DNA from: Candidatus Saccharimonadota bacterium
GTDB taxonomy: Bacteria; Patescibacteriota; Saccharimonadia; Saccharimonadales; UBA4665
Direction of reading: 5' to 3'
Length of the DNA stretch: 64,000 nt
NCBI GenBank assembly: GCA_016789655.1
Contig: JAEUQV010000099.1
Location: forward strand, 32,778 to 96,777
The position numbers were made by a program, and so were the translations under genes. Within the stretch, counting starts at the first letter, position 1, and each line of letters starts with the position of its first letter. Shown in pieces: positions 52,824-61,921 of the stretch. Below the pieces are notes generated by a model that ran no database searches, was not told the DNA's origin, and saw only the letters and a list, made by a program, of their open reading frames with translations.

Positions 52824-53732
52824 CTATTTCGGTTGCTTTAGTAGTTTTTCGACATGAGATCGAAAGGCGGGGCCGAGATCTTTATGGCGCAATGCAAATT
52901 CGACGACCGTCATAAGGTATTCTAGCTTATCGCCTGTGTCGTAGCGGCGACTGTTTTGCATAACACACCCATAAAAGTCGTGGCCGTCTTTCAACATTGG
53001 GTCAACCAGGCTGGTTGCTACGTAAAATTCTTCGTTTTGAGGTAAAGTAGTTATACCTTTTTCAATATAATCGAGCACTGATGGCTCAAATAGGTAGCTA
53101 CTGACCTGGGCGTAGTTTGATGGTGCGTTTGCCTTCCCTGGTTTTTCAACCATACCCGACATGTGCAGCACGCCATCACGCACCTCCTCGCCCGCTAGTA
53201 TGCCATACCGCTCAAACTCTTTGTCTGATTCAATCCGCATGCAGGTGGCGATACTACCCCCAAACTCGTTATAGAGGTCTATCATTTGCGTAAAAGTGTT
53301 TGGTTCCGAGACGACCAGGTCGTCGGCGTACACAAATATGAACGGCTCGTCGCTAATAAGATGGGCAGCATTGGCTATAGGCGTGGCGTTGCCATACGGC
53401 CCTTTTTGCCTCACGTAAATGAAGTTCGCCATGTTGGCGAGATCTTCCATCTCTTGAATATAATGTGCTTTTTTGGGACCGCCAGCACGGAGGTTTACTA
53501 GCAAATCTTCGTTCGGTACATCGAAATGATCTTCTATGGCCCGCTTGCTGCTGCTACCGACGATGATAATGTCTTTTATACCTGCAGCTACTAAATCTTC
53601 AACGGCATACTGGATGATTGGCTTGTCGATAAGCGGCAGCATTTCTTTGGGCATTGCCTTGGTCTGAGGCAAAAACCGCGTGCCAAACCCAGCCGCAGCT
53701 ATAATAGCCTTAGTGACTTTTTGCTGTTTCAT
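52824..53732 (-). CDS. galU: UTP--glucose-1-phosphate uridylyltransferase
   Basis: AAGFGTRFLPQTKAMPKEMLP N-terminal signature and overall GalU pattern. Confidence 0.9.
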   Translation of the reverse strand: MKQQKVTKAIIAAAGFGTRFLPQTKAMPKEMLPLIDKPIIQYAVEDLVAAGIKDIIIVGSSSKRAIEDHFDVPNEDLLVNLRAGGPKKAHYIQEMEDLANMANFIYVRQKGPYGNATPIANAAHLISDEPFIFVYADDLVVSEPNTFTQMIDLYNEFGGSIATCMRIESDKEFERYGILAGEEVRDGVLHMSGMVEKPGKANAPSNYAQVSSYLFEPSVLDYIEKGITTLPQNEEFYVATSLVDPMLKDGHDFYGCVMQNSRRYDTGDKLEYLMTVVEFALRHKDLGPAFRSHVEKLLKQPK

Positions 53733-54288
53733 GTTGCACCTCCTTTAAGTAATCGTAGGCCATCAGCACCGCCCCGCTGTCGGTCATCCCGGCATGGGTT
53801 GCATTATAGAACAAGTCGTCGATAGAAATAAGCCGAGTTTCCAAACCTTGGTTGCGTTCTGTTTCGTCGGGATGGTGCATGCTTCTAGAAAACGCGCAGT
53901 CGTAGCCTATAAAATAGTGATCAGTTTCATTCGTATACGCATCGCGGTAGTGGGTGCCGAGATGCACGAGCCGCCGGGCTGTACAGCCCGTTTCTTCAAA
54001 TAGTTCGCGCCTAGCTGCGGCCTCAATATCTTCGCCAGGCTCTGCCGTGCCGCCCGGCAGCTCATGCAGCCACTGCTCTGGGCCGCTGCGAAATTGATAC
54101 GCTGTCACTACTTTACCATCAGGCGTCAGGGGAATTACCGCTACATTATGCCCGCCCTCAGCATGCCAGGTTGAAAATTCATGCTCCATGCCATCATCTG
54201 TGCGATAATGCTTGACTGTTACGGTACGCTTAAATAACCCCCCTACTTCATATATGTCGGTTGGCTCTATGCGCGTGAACTTTTTCAC
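53710..54288 (-). CDS. NUDIX hydrolase (ADP-ribose pyrophosphatase-like)
   Basis: Nudix box GGTAEPGEDIEAAARRELFEETGC. GTG start 2 nt after the gatB stop. Confidence 0.8.
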   Translation of the reverse strand: MKKFTRIEPTDIYEVGGLFKRTVTVKHYRTDDGMEHEFSTWHAEGGHNVAVIPLTPDGKVVTAYQFRSGPEQWLHELPGGTAEPGEDIEAAARRELFEETGCTARRLVHLGTHYRDAYTNETDHYFIGYDCAFSRSMHHPDETERNQGLETRLISIDDLFYNATHAGMTDSGAVLMAYDYLKEVQHETAKSH

Positions 54289-54290
54289 CG

Positions 54291-55745
54291 CTACAGCCCT
54301 AATTGTTTTTGAATAAGCTTCGTTGCCAGACTCGGGTTCGCTTTGCCCTTAGATGCTTTCATGACCTGTCCAACAAGGAAACCGATGGCTTTCATTTCGC
54401 CGTTTTGGACGTCACCAGCCGCTTTGGGGTTATCGGCGAGCACGCTTTTGACTATTTCGGCTATAGCAGCTTCATCGCTTTCCTGCACTAGATTTTTCGC
54501 TTCGGCGATTTTGGCCGGATCTTGGCCAGTTTTTATCATTTCGTCCAGCACTTCTTTGGCTGCGCTTGAGCTGAGTTGACCTTGAGCTACCATTTTGCTG
54601 AGAGCTATGAGGTTAGCGTCCTGAGCGTCCGGCTTGACGGACTCTTGACTCTGTGACGATTCGCTAGAATCGTCACTCAGCTGCAAGAGCCAGAAGGCAA
54701 CGCGCTTGGCATGGTCGGGGCCAGCATCGTCATATATGCGGCCAACCTGCCGTGCTACACTAGGGTTGGCAATAACGTCTTCTATGACTTTGCTATCGAG
54801 CCCCATTTCACGGAATTTTTCGCGGTAGGCGTCGGGCAGTTCCGCCATCGATGCTTCAATACCTGCCACATATTCATCGCTCAGCACTACCGGCGGCACA
54901 TCGGGATCTGGCATGTAGCGGTAGTCGTGCGCATCTTCTTTGCTGCGTTGACTGAACGTCTGCTGCTTGTCATCGTCCCAGCCGCGCGTTTCCTGCACGA
55001 TTTGCTCGCCCTTTTCGAGCAGGCCAATCTGCCGCTCTACTTCGTACTCGACGGCTCGCTCTATACTGCGGAAGCTGTTGAGGTTTTTGGTTTCGGTGCG
55101 GGTGCCAAGCTCGGCAGTTTTACTTACGCTTACGTTTACATCAAAGCGCATATTGCCATAGTACAGATTGGCTTCCGAAACATCGGCATATCGCATCCGT
55201 AGGTATAATTCGTGTGCATAAGCCTTTGCCTCGGCCGCGCTGTGCATATCTGGCTCCGACACAATCTCAAGCAGCGGCGTACCCGCCCGGTTTAGGTCGA
55301 CCAAACTATAATCGCCGCCGGCTGGGTGTGTTGATTTGCCAGCGTCAGCTTCAAGATGAGCCCTGGTAATACCGACACGCTTCTTTTCACCCCCAACCTC
55401 TATGTCTATGTACCCACCTATGATTATAGGTTCGTCATACTGAGTAATCTGATACCCAAGCGGTAGGTCGGGATAGAAGTAATGTTTACGGTCGAACTTA
55501 CTAAATCGCTGCGGCTCAGTGTTGAGAGCGAAGGCAGCATGACAAGCAAGTTCAACAGCTTTTTCGTTCAATATTGGCAAAGCCCCTGGCAGGCCGAAGT
55601 CAATGTGATTCACTAGTGTATTTGGCACCGCTTCACGTGCATCGTTATCGGCACCACTGAATAACTTCGTCTTCGTCTTTAGCTGCACGTGACACTCTAT
55701 GCCTATGGTTACATTGTACTGCCTGCGGGTAGCGTCTGCGGTCAT
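54291..55745 (-). CDS. gatB: Asp/Glu-tRNA(Asn/Gln) amidotransferase subunit B
   Basis: GatB N-terminal cradle domain (IGIECHVQL, DLNRAGTPLLEIVSEPD) and a C-terminal YqeY-like domain. Confidence 0.95.
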   Translation of the reverse strand: MTADATRRQYNVTIGIECHVQLKTKTKLFSGADNDAREAVPNTLVNHIDFGLPGALPILNEKAVELACHAAFALNTEPQRFSKFDRKHYFYPDLPLGYQITQYDEPIIIGGYIDIEVGGEKKRVGITRAHLEADAGKSTHPAGGDYSLVDLNRAGTPLLEIVSEPDMHSAAEAKAYAHELYLRMRYADVSEANLYYGNMRFDVNVSVSKTAELGTRTETKNLNSFRSIERAVEYEVERQIGLLEKGEQIVQETRGWDDDKQQTFSQRSKEDAHDYRYMPDPDVPPVVLSDEYVAGIEASMAELPDAYREKFREMGLDSKVIEDVIANPSVARQVGRIYDDAGPDHAKRVAFWLLQLSDDSSESSQSQESVKPDAQDANLIALSKMVAQGQLSSSAAKEVLDEMIKTGQDPAKIAEAKNLVQESDEAAIAEIVKSVLADNPKAAGDVQNGEMKAIGFLVGQVMKASKGKANPSLATKLIQKQLGL

Positions 55746-55766
55746 GCTGCTGCTCCGTAATTATAC

Positions 55767-55801
55767 AGAGACATGAGACATGAGACATGAGACATGAGGT
55801 G
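55767..55801. repeat. Heptamer array AGAGACA (TGAGACA)x3 TGAGGTG fused to the gatB -10 box
   Basis: Period-7 pattern. The minus strand reads (CTCATGT)x4-CTCTG-TATAAT-14 nt-ATG(gatB). Confidence 0.9.
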
Positions 55802-55858
55802 AGCGCTGCGGCTTTGCCGCTTTTTAACTACTTGCCGCGCAGCGGCAAGCCAGTTTCC

Positions 55859-55893
55859 ACTCTTGACTCTTGACTCTTGACTCTTGGCTCTAG
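55859..55893. repeat. Heptamer array (ACTCTTG)x4 + GCTCTAG, inverted relative to 55767-55801
   Basis: Perfect period-7 repeat, equal to (CAAGAGT)n on the minus strand. It starts 4 nt after the stop of the 139-aa gene. Confidence 0.9.
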
Positions 55894-55896
55894 TTT

Positions 55897-56316
55897 TCAT
55901 AGTGCTCCCAAATCTTTTAACGCACGTCGTATACCAATAAGCGCGTCCTTGACATCGCGTTCCTTGAGCTTAATATCGGTCTCGTGGACAAGTTTGTTAC
56001 GCAATTTATGTCCAAACCAAACATCGTCGTTGTACTGAATGGTGCGCTGTGCCGCTACAAGCCGCTCACCTGTGGTCTTACCTTTGTAGCCACCCTCTTT
56101 GAGTGCCTGGTCTAAGAGTTTATCGGCATCGATGATAGCCAACGGCCAGGTTGCAGAATCTTTCAAGAGCTTCTGTAAATCCCGCCATTTTTGGGTGTAG
56201 TATTCTGTGTTAAGTTTACGTCCACGTCGTGATAGTAATGCAGCTAGTGCAACGAGTGCGACTATGAGCGCCCCTGCACCAACCGCTATATAGGTCGAGT
56301 TCATTGCATCATTCAT
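55897..56316 (-). CDS. Small membrane-anchored protein with an Rx4H (HEPN-like) motif
   Basis: Start is at ATG 56316, overlapping the gatA stop. It has a TM segment YIAVGAGALIVALVALAALL, then an all-helical domain of about 110 aa containing GHKLRNKLVHE. Confidence 0.5.
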   Translation of the reverse strand: MNDAMNSTYIAVGAGALIVALVALAALLSRRGRKLNTEYYTQKWRDLQKLLKDSATWPLAIIDADKLLDQALKEGGYKGKTTGERLVAAQRTIQYNDDVWFGHKLRNKLVHETDIKLKERDVKDALIGIRRALKDLGAL

Positions 56317-57745
56317 GTATCGCCTCCTCGGCGGCCGCAGCAAAAGCCAGTAATTCCCTGTCTTGCCGCTGTGCAGCTATTATCTGCAGCCCGATTGGCA
56401 TCCCTGTAGTACCGCTAGGTTGAACAGGTATGCTAATAGCGGGCACACCCACGAGCGCAGGCGCCACCGTCATCATATCTACCAAGTACATCTTAAGCGG
56501 GTCATCGGCATTCTCACCGATCTTGAAGGCTGCATTCGGCGCCACCGGACCAATGAGAAAATCATACTTTTCAAACACTGCATTAAATTCGTTGATAAGC
56601 TTAGTGCGAACTGTTTGTGCTTTTTTGTAATAAGCGTCGTAATAGCCACTGCTCAGTACGTACGTACCAATCATGATTCGCCGCTTAGCCTCACGACCAA
56701 ACCCCTTTGCACGAGAATGCGTATAGCTTTCGGTCAAATTTTTGCCACTTTCAGCACTAAATTGATATCGCTGACCATCGTGACGCGCAAGATTACTACT
56801 GACTTCAGCGGGAATGAGTATGTAGTACACGGCTAAAGCAAGTGGCAAGCTTGGTAGGCTAACCTCTTCAACACTTGCACCAGCGGCACGCAAGTCAGCC
56901 GCAGCTTTTTCAATACTCTTACGCACATCATCGTCAAGCCCTTCACCCATCCATTCTTTGATGATACCTACTTTGGTAGTTGGTAGGTGGCGGGTAATAG
57001 GTGGCAAAACGTAGCCTTGTGGGTCGCGATCGATAGTGGTACCGTCAAGTTCGTCTTTGCCAGCATACACATCGAGCACATAGGCCGCATCTTCGACCGA
57101 CATTGTCAATGGCCCGATGGTATCGGTACTGCTCGCCATTGCTACGACGCCACTGCGTGACGTCAATCCATAGGTTGGTCTGAGCCCAACACAACCGACA
57201 TAACTTGCAGGCTGACGTATAGAACCACCAGTATCTGTACCGATGGCAAACGGTGCCATTTCTAGCACGACTGCAGCGGCCGGGCCACCCGATGAACCTC
57301 CAGGTACACGAGTTTTGTCATGTGGGTTCTTAGTAACAAAGAAGTCTGAGTTTTCGGTACTTGCCCCATGGCCGAACGCGTCTTGGTTGGCTTTGGCGAC
57401 GCATATGGCCCCTTCGGCCTCTAGTCGCTCTACGATAGTTGACTGGTAGGGTGGTACGAAACCCTTCAGCATATTACTGCTCGCAGTTGCTTCGGTTTCA
57501 CGCACAAGAATGTTGTCTTTTGCAATAAACGGCACACCAGCTAAGCGCCCGACTTTCACCCCATTTGCTACTTTTTCATCTATAACTTTTGCCCGGGAGC
57601 GTGCCTGCTCTGCCATCACTGTAATGATTGCCTGATATTCTTTATGCTTCTCGATAGCGGCCAAACTCTGTTCGACCAGGTCAATTGCCTTGATGGTACT
57701 AGCTTGCACATCATTAGCAATTTTGGCTATTGGATCCCAGCTCAT
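56309..57745 (-). CDS. gatA: Glutamyl-tRNA(Gln) amidotransferase subunit A
   Basis: Amidase signature GGSSGGPAAAV and the Ser-cisSer-Lys context. Confidence 0.95.
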   Translation of the reverse strand: MSWDPIAKIANDVQASTIKAIDLVEQSLAAIEKHKEYQAIITVMAEQARSRAKVIDEKVANGVKVGRLAGVPFIAKDNILVRETEATASSNMLKGFVPPYQSTIVERLEAEGAICVAKANQDAFGHGASTENSDFFVTKNPHDKTRVPGGSSGGPAAAVVLEMAPFAIGTDTGGSIRQPASYVGCVGLRPTYGLTSRSGVVAMASSTDTIGPLTMSVEDAAYVLDVYAGKDELDGTTIDRDPQGYVLPPITRHLPTTKVGIIKEWMGEGLDDDVRKSIEKAAADLRAAGASVEEVSLPSLPLALAVYYILIPAEVSSNLARHDGQRYQFSAESGKNLTESYTHSRAKGFGREAKRRIMIGTYVLSSGYYDAYYKKAQTVRTKLINEFNAVFEKYDFLIGPVAPNAAFKIGENADDPLKMYLVDMMTVAPALVGVPAISIPVQPSGTTGMPIGLQIIAAQRQDRELLAFAAAAEEAIHE

Positions 57746-58035
57746 CCGATCATCCTTTTCACTTTGAGCTGTTGCTTCTCTGTCTTCGGTGCGATGTGTA
57801 GTAGGTCTATTGAATCGTACCCATAGTGTTTGACTTCATCTTTACGCATAACATTGGTCAGTCCTGTTACCTGATTGGTCGGCTGCAAGCCGCTCACATC
57901 AACTGCTGACAATTGCTCAACATAGCCAAGAATAGCGCTGAGCTCACTAACGAAAGCATCGGCTTCGTCATCTGTGAGAGATATGCGAGCCAAATGAGCC
58001 AACTTTAATACATCGTCCCGTGTCAGTTTTGTCAT
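57742..58035 (-). CDS. gatC: Asp/Glu-tRNA amidotransferase subunit C
   Basis: MTKLTRDDVLKLAHLARISLTDDE is a typical GatC N-terminus. It overlaps gatA by 4 nt. Confidence 0.88.
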   Translation of the reverse strand: MTKLTRDDVLKLAHLARISLTDDEADAFVSELSAILGYVEQLSAVDVSGLQPTNQVTGLTNVMRKDEVKHYGYDSIDLLHIAPKTEKQQLKVKRMIG

Positions 58036-58096
58036 CGTGTATATACTACTATACTCGCTTGATTTACAAAATACGAGCACCGTAAACCAAACAACA

Positions 58097-58263
58097 ATAG
58101 CTCTCCAAAAACAAAACCTGCGTTATATTGGATGATAGCTAAGAGAGTCAGAAACACTGTTATTAGGACTGGTTCGTATCTGTGGATTTATGGAAGTAGG
58201 AAACTGGCTTTTTCGCCGCCTGGACAAGACCAAAAAAGCAGGTCTAGACTTTTGGAGAGCTAT
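58097..58263. repeat. Long-range inverted repeat in the gatC/FKBP divergent spacer
   Basis: ATAGCTCTCCAAAAAC..CCTGC (58097-58122) pairs with GCAGG..ACTTTTGGAGAGCTAT (58238-58263). The interior holds the GGAAACTGGCTT motif (58199-58210). Confidence 0.55.
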
Positions 58264-58345
58264 ACGTGTCAATTAGAAGTGCGGGTAAGGCCCCTTTCAT
58301 AATCAGTACACTACATGAGATTTCTGTATCTGCTACACTAGCAGT

Positions 58346-59026
58346 ATGAAAAGACAAGTCATGCTATCCGTAATACTGTCTATGGTATTCGGAGCCACCT
58401 TAAGTGGATACTTCTTTTATGTTCGGCCACATCTTCAGCAAAACGCAAAAAACAAAACAGATATCATTGCTGCCGACAATTCATCAAGTACAACCTCACA
58501 ATCACAATCTTCACCTCAGTCGAGTGCAAGTCTTTCAGGTTCTTTCCAGTCCCAGGTACTATCTCAGACGACCTCAAATCAAGCTACAAACAGGGCTAGC
58601 ACTAGCACAACCACCCCCTCGAATAGCACTAATTCACGTGACGATGGCGATAAGGCCACGTTAAACCCAAGTGAATTCGGCGTGTATGATAAGTATAAAT
58701 CCAATCAAACTGGTTTAATGGCAGAAATCTCGCCGGGGACTGGCACGGAAGCTGTGGCCGGCAAAAAACTAAGTGTAAATTATCGTGGTTGGCTTACCAA
58801 TGGCCAAGTATTCGACCAAAACATCGACACCGCAAAGCCATTTACCTTTACCCTCGGCGCCGGCAGTGTAATTTCCGGATGGGAGCAAACGATAGCCGGT
58901 ATGAAAGTAGGCGGCGAACGCCTACTCATCATCCCACCTGCAGCCGGCTACGGCAGCATAGCCCAGGGCCCCATCCCCGCCAATAGTGTCCTCATCTTCG
59001 ATGTCAAGCTACTAAAAGTCGAATAG
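58346..59026 (+). CDS. Membrane-anchored FKBP-type peptidyl-prolyl cis-trans isomerase with Ser/Thr-rich linker
   Basis: FKBP_C motifs (VNYRGWLTNGQVFD, GWEQTIAGMKVGGERLLIIPPAAGYG), an N-terminal TM segment, and TGCTACACT 6 nt upstream of the ATG. Confidence 0.85.
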   Translation: MKRQVMLSVILSMVFGATLSGYFFYVRPHLQQNAKNKTDIIAADNSSSTTSQSQSSPQSSASLSGSFQSQVLSQTTSNQATNRASTSTTTPSNSTNSRDDGDKATLNPSEFGVYDKYKSNQTGLMAEISPGTGTEAVAGKKLSVNYRGWLTNGQVFDQNIDTAKPFTFTLGAGSVISGWEQTIAGMKVGGERLLIIPPAAGYGSIAQGPIPANSVLIFDVKLLKVE

Positions 59027-59068
59027 CAGTACAGCTCAAATGCTCAACAATAAGGCAAAAAACTTAGG

Positions 59069-61033
59069 CTAAAACTTGGCTTTAAGCTCCGCGATAAGGT
59101 CGCGGAGTTCGGCGGCTTGCTCGAATTGGAGATTGGCAGCGGCTAGGTCCATTTGACCAGTCAGATCTTTAATGAGTGATTTGTACTCATCTTTGGGAAT
59201 TTTCTTGAGGTCAAGTTTGGCGCGTTTGGCTTCTTCTGGTAAATCGGTATTCATGCGCCCTTCCACGGCGCGGTTTATTCCGCGTGGGATTATGCCATGT
59301 TCGGTATTATAGGCTTGCTGTATGGCGCGACGGCGGTTGGTTTCATCGATGGTGCGCTGCATACTCTTAGTAATTTTATCGGCATACATTATTACCCGCC
59401 CCTCGACATGGCGCGCTGCTCGGCCAACGGTTTGAATAAGCGCCTGCTCACTGCGCAAGAAGCCTTCTTTATCGGCATCTAGTATGGCCACAAGCGAGAC
59501 CTCTGGCAGGTCTAGCCCCTCGCGTAGCAGGTTTATACCCACTAGCACATCGTAGACACCAAGCCGCAAGTCGCGCAAAATGTCGGTGCGGTCAAGCGTG
59601 TCGACATCACTGTGTAAATAAGCCACTTTTATGCTGAGGTCTTGCAAGTATTCAGTGAGGTCTTCACTCATACGCTTCGTGAGCGTCGTTACGAGCACGC
59701 GCCGACCCTTTACTATGGTCTCTCGCACCTCAGCGATAAGATCGTCGATTTGACCTTCAATCTTGCGCACTTCTATGACAGGGTCGAGCAGGCCAGTAGG
59801 GCGGATCACCTGCTGGGCCGGCTCAGGGCTGCGGCTGAGTTCGTATTCTGCCGGTGTTGCACTGACATACACTACTTGGTTCACATGGCGTTGAAATTCT
59901 GTGAACATTAAGGGCCGGTTATCGAGCGCACTTGGCAGGCGGAATCCGTGCTCTACCAGCACCTCTTTACGCGCCCGGTCGCCGTTATACATACCGCGTA
60001 CCTGCGGAATGGTCATGTGGCTTTCGTCAATAAGCATAAGAAAATCGTCAGGGAAATAATCGAGGAGCGTGGCGGGCTGCTCACCTGGTTCGCGGTTGGT
60101 TAGATAGCGACTATAGTTTTCTATGCCTTTCACAAACCCGGTTTCTTCGAGCATTTCGAGATCGAAACGGGTCCGCTGTTCAAGCCGCTGGGCTTCAAGT
60201 AGCTTTCCATTGTCTTTGAAGTTACGCAACCTATCGTCAAGCTCATCTCTTATATAGCCGAGTGCAACTTTTAATTTATCTTGTGGCGTTACGTAGTGGC
60301 TGCTAGGGAATATACGATAGCTCTCAAGTGTTGCCATGATTTCCCCAGTTAAAGGATCGATGCGAGTAATCCTATCGACCTCATCACCAAAGAAATCAAG
60401 CCGATACGCCCACTCTTCACCCGCCGGATACACATCTACGACATCACCGCGCACTCGGAAGGTGCCACGGTGAAAATCAACATCGTTACGCTGGTACTGG
60501 ATATCCGTCAATTGACGTAGCAGTTTATCGCGAAGCCGTCGCTCCCCCTTCACGACTTCGACAGAAAGACCACTGTAATCATCGACGGCACCGATGCCAT
60601 ATATACAACTCACGCTAGCAACGATAAGTACGTCTTTGCGACTTAGCAGTGCATCGGTCGCTGCGTGCCTTAGACGGTCTATTTCTTCATTGATCTGGCT
60701 GTCTTTCTCGATGTAGGTATCGCTGCGGGCAATATAGGCCTCGGGCTGATAATAATCGAAGTAACTCACAAAGTAATGAACGGCGTTGTCGGGGAAAAAA
60801 TGCTTAAACTCGGTATAAAGCTGTGCCGCTAGTGTTTTATTATGACTCAGCACCAGGGTGGGTCGTTGTAGCTGTTGCACGATATTTGCCATCGTAAACG
60901 TCTTACCGCTACCTGTTACGCCCAGGAGTGTCTGCTCTTTCACCCCATTTTTCAGCCCGCTCACCAACTGCCGGATAGCCTCCGGCTGGTCTCCCATGGG
61001 TTCATAATCACTCTTAAGGTCAAACTGCTGCAC
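59069..61033 (-). CDS. uvrB: Excinuclease ABC subunit B
   Basis: Walker [11 protein letters not shown], helicase motifs and a C-terminal UVR domain ([11 protein letters not shown]). Confidence 0.95.
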   Translation of the reverse strand: MQQFDLKSDYEPMGDQPEAIRQLVSGLKNGVKEQTLLGVTGSGKTFTMANIVQQLQRPTLVLSHNKTLAAQLYTEFKHFFPDNAVHYFVSYFDYYQPEAYIARSDTYIEKDSQINEEIDRLRHAATDALLSRKDVLIVASVSCIYGIGAVDDYSGLSVEVVKGERRLRDKLLRQLTDIQYQRNDVDFHRGTFRVRGDVVDVYPAGEEWAYRLDFFGDEVDRITRIDPLTGEIMATLESYRIFPSSHYVTPQDKLKVALGYIRDELDDRLRNFKDNGKLLEAQRLEQRTRFDLEMLEETGFVKGIENYSRYLTNREPGEQPATLLDYFPDDFLMLIDESHMTIPQVRGMYNGDRARKEVLVEHGFRLPSALDNRPLMFTEFQRHVNQVVYVSATPAEYELSRSPEPAQQVIRPTGLLDPVIEVRKIEGQIDDLIAEVRETIVKGRRVLVTTLTKRMSEDLTEYLQDLSIKVAYLHSDVDTLDRTDILRDLRLGVYDVLVGINLLREGLDLPEVSLVAILDADKEGFLRSEQALIQTVGRAARHVEGRVIMYADKITKSMQRTIDETNRRRAIQQAYNTEHGIIPRGINRAVEGRMNTDLPEEAKRAKLDLKKIPKDEYKSLIKDLTGQMDLAAANLQFEQAAELRDLIAELKAKF

Positions 61034-61058
61034 CGTTATAGTGTAGCAGTTTGCGTTG

Positions 61059-61814
61059 CTAATCTTCTAGACTAAGTAGTATGTCCTTTGCTGTCTGGAA
61101 GTCTGCGCTACTAACGAATGCGTCGTATTCGGAAGCACTGATTTTCGTGCCTGATTGTACTTTTGTCTCCAATTTCTTTGAATACACTCCGAAATTAGCT
61201 GCGCCAGTATCCGTTCCTTTGAACTCGGGAATCATATCCAGCAGGAATGCAGAGCAAGAATTTGCCCCTTCCTTGAGATCGGTTGTAGCATCCGTTTTAA
61301 CGAGGTTTGCGACATATCCGCCGTATGTCGTATCGGATATATAATACTGCGCAAAAGTCAGCGATGGGTCGCCAACTACTCCTACAGTATTGACCTTGGT
61401 TATGCGTTGGCTATTTTCCTCCGGAATACACGCACCGCCCAGTCCGCCATAACGTTTAAACTGCACGTAAACATCTTCGCTTGGCGCCGTGATGGTAACT
61501 GTATCGGGATAGTTCAGTTCTGGTGTTTCATTTGGCTTCGTGTTTACTTTCCAAGATTTTGGTGCCATCACGGTTACCCGTCCCCCGTCAGCTTTGATGG
61601 CTACGAGATCGGCATCTGATGCTTTAGTTTTTGACGCATCTTTTTTTAAATCATCCACTCGAGCCGAAGAAGATGAATCGCTATCTTCTGTGACCTTACC
61701 GTCCGATTGCTGCCCCTGCCACACAAACCACCCTATGAACGATACAATCCCCAAAGCGAAGATTATGAGAACAACTTCTACTACACTAAACCCGTTTTGA
61801 TGTGCTTTTTTCAT
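61059..61814 (-). CDS. Type IV pilin-like protein (prepilin-type N-terminal cleavage/methylation domain)
   Basis: Start is at ATG 61814. The leader MKKAHQNG is followed by [16 protein letters not shown] (G-1, F+1, E+5) and a variable globular domain. Confidence 0.7.
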   Translation of the reverse strand: MKKAHQNGFSVVEVVLIIFALGIVSFIGWFVWQGQQSDGKVTEDSDSSSSARVDDLKKDASKTKASDADLVAIKADGGRVTVMAPKSWKVNTKPNETPELNYPDTVTITAPSEDVYVQFKRYGGLGGACIPEENSQRITKVNTVGVVGDPSLTFAQYYISDTTYGGYVANLVKTDATTDLKEGANSCSAFLLDMIPEFKGTDTGAANFGVYSKKLETKVQSGTKISASEYDAFVSSADFQTAKDILLSLED

Positions 61815-61921
61815 ACTACTGCCCTTCTGGTGATTTTTTAGAACTATGATTTTATTATAGAACGCGCAAAGAAAAACACAACCGTTTTCAAACTCACCCA
61901 AACAAGGTAAACTATGTTCCG

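Noticed and set aside
9183-57002. The heptamer arrays as CRISPR arrays or as classical REP/BIME elements.
   Set aside because: The units are 7 nt with no spacers and there are no cas genes. The arrays are direct tandem repeats, not the ~35-nt palindromic units of REP elements.
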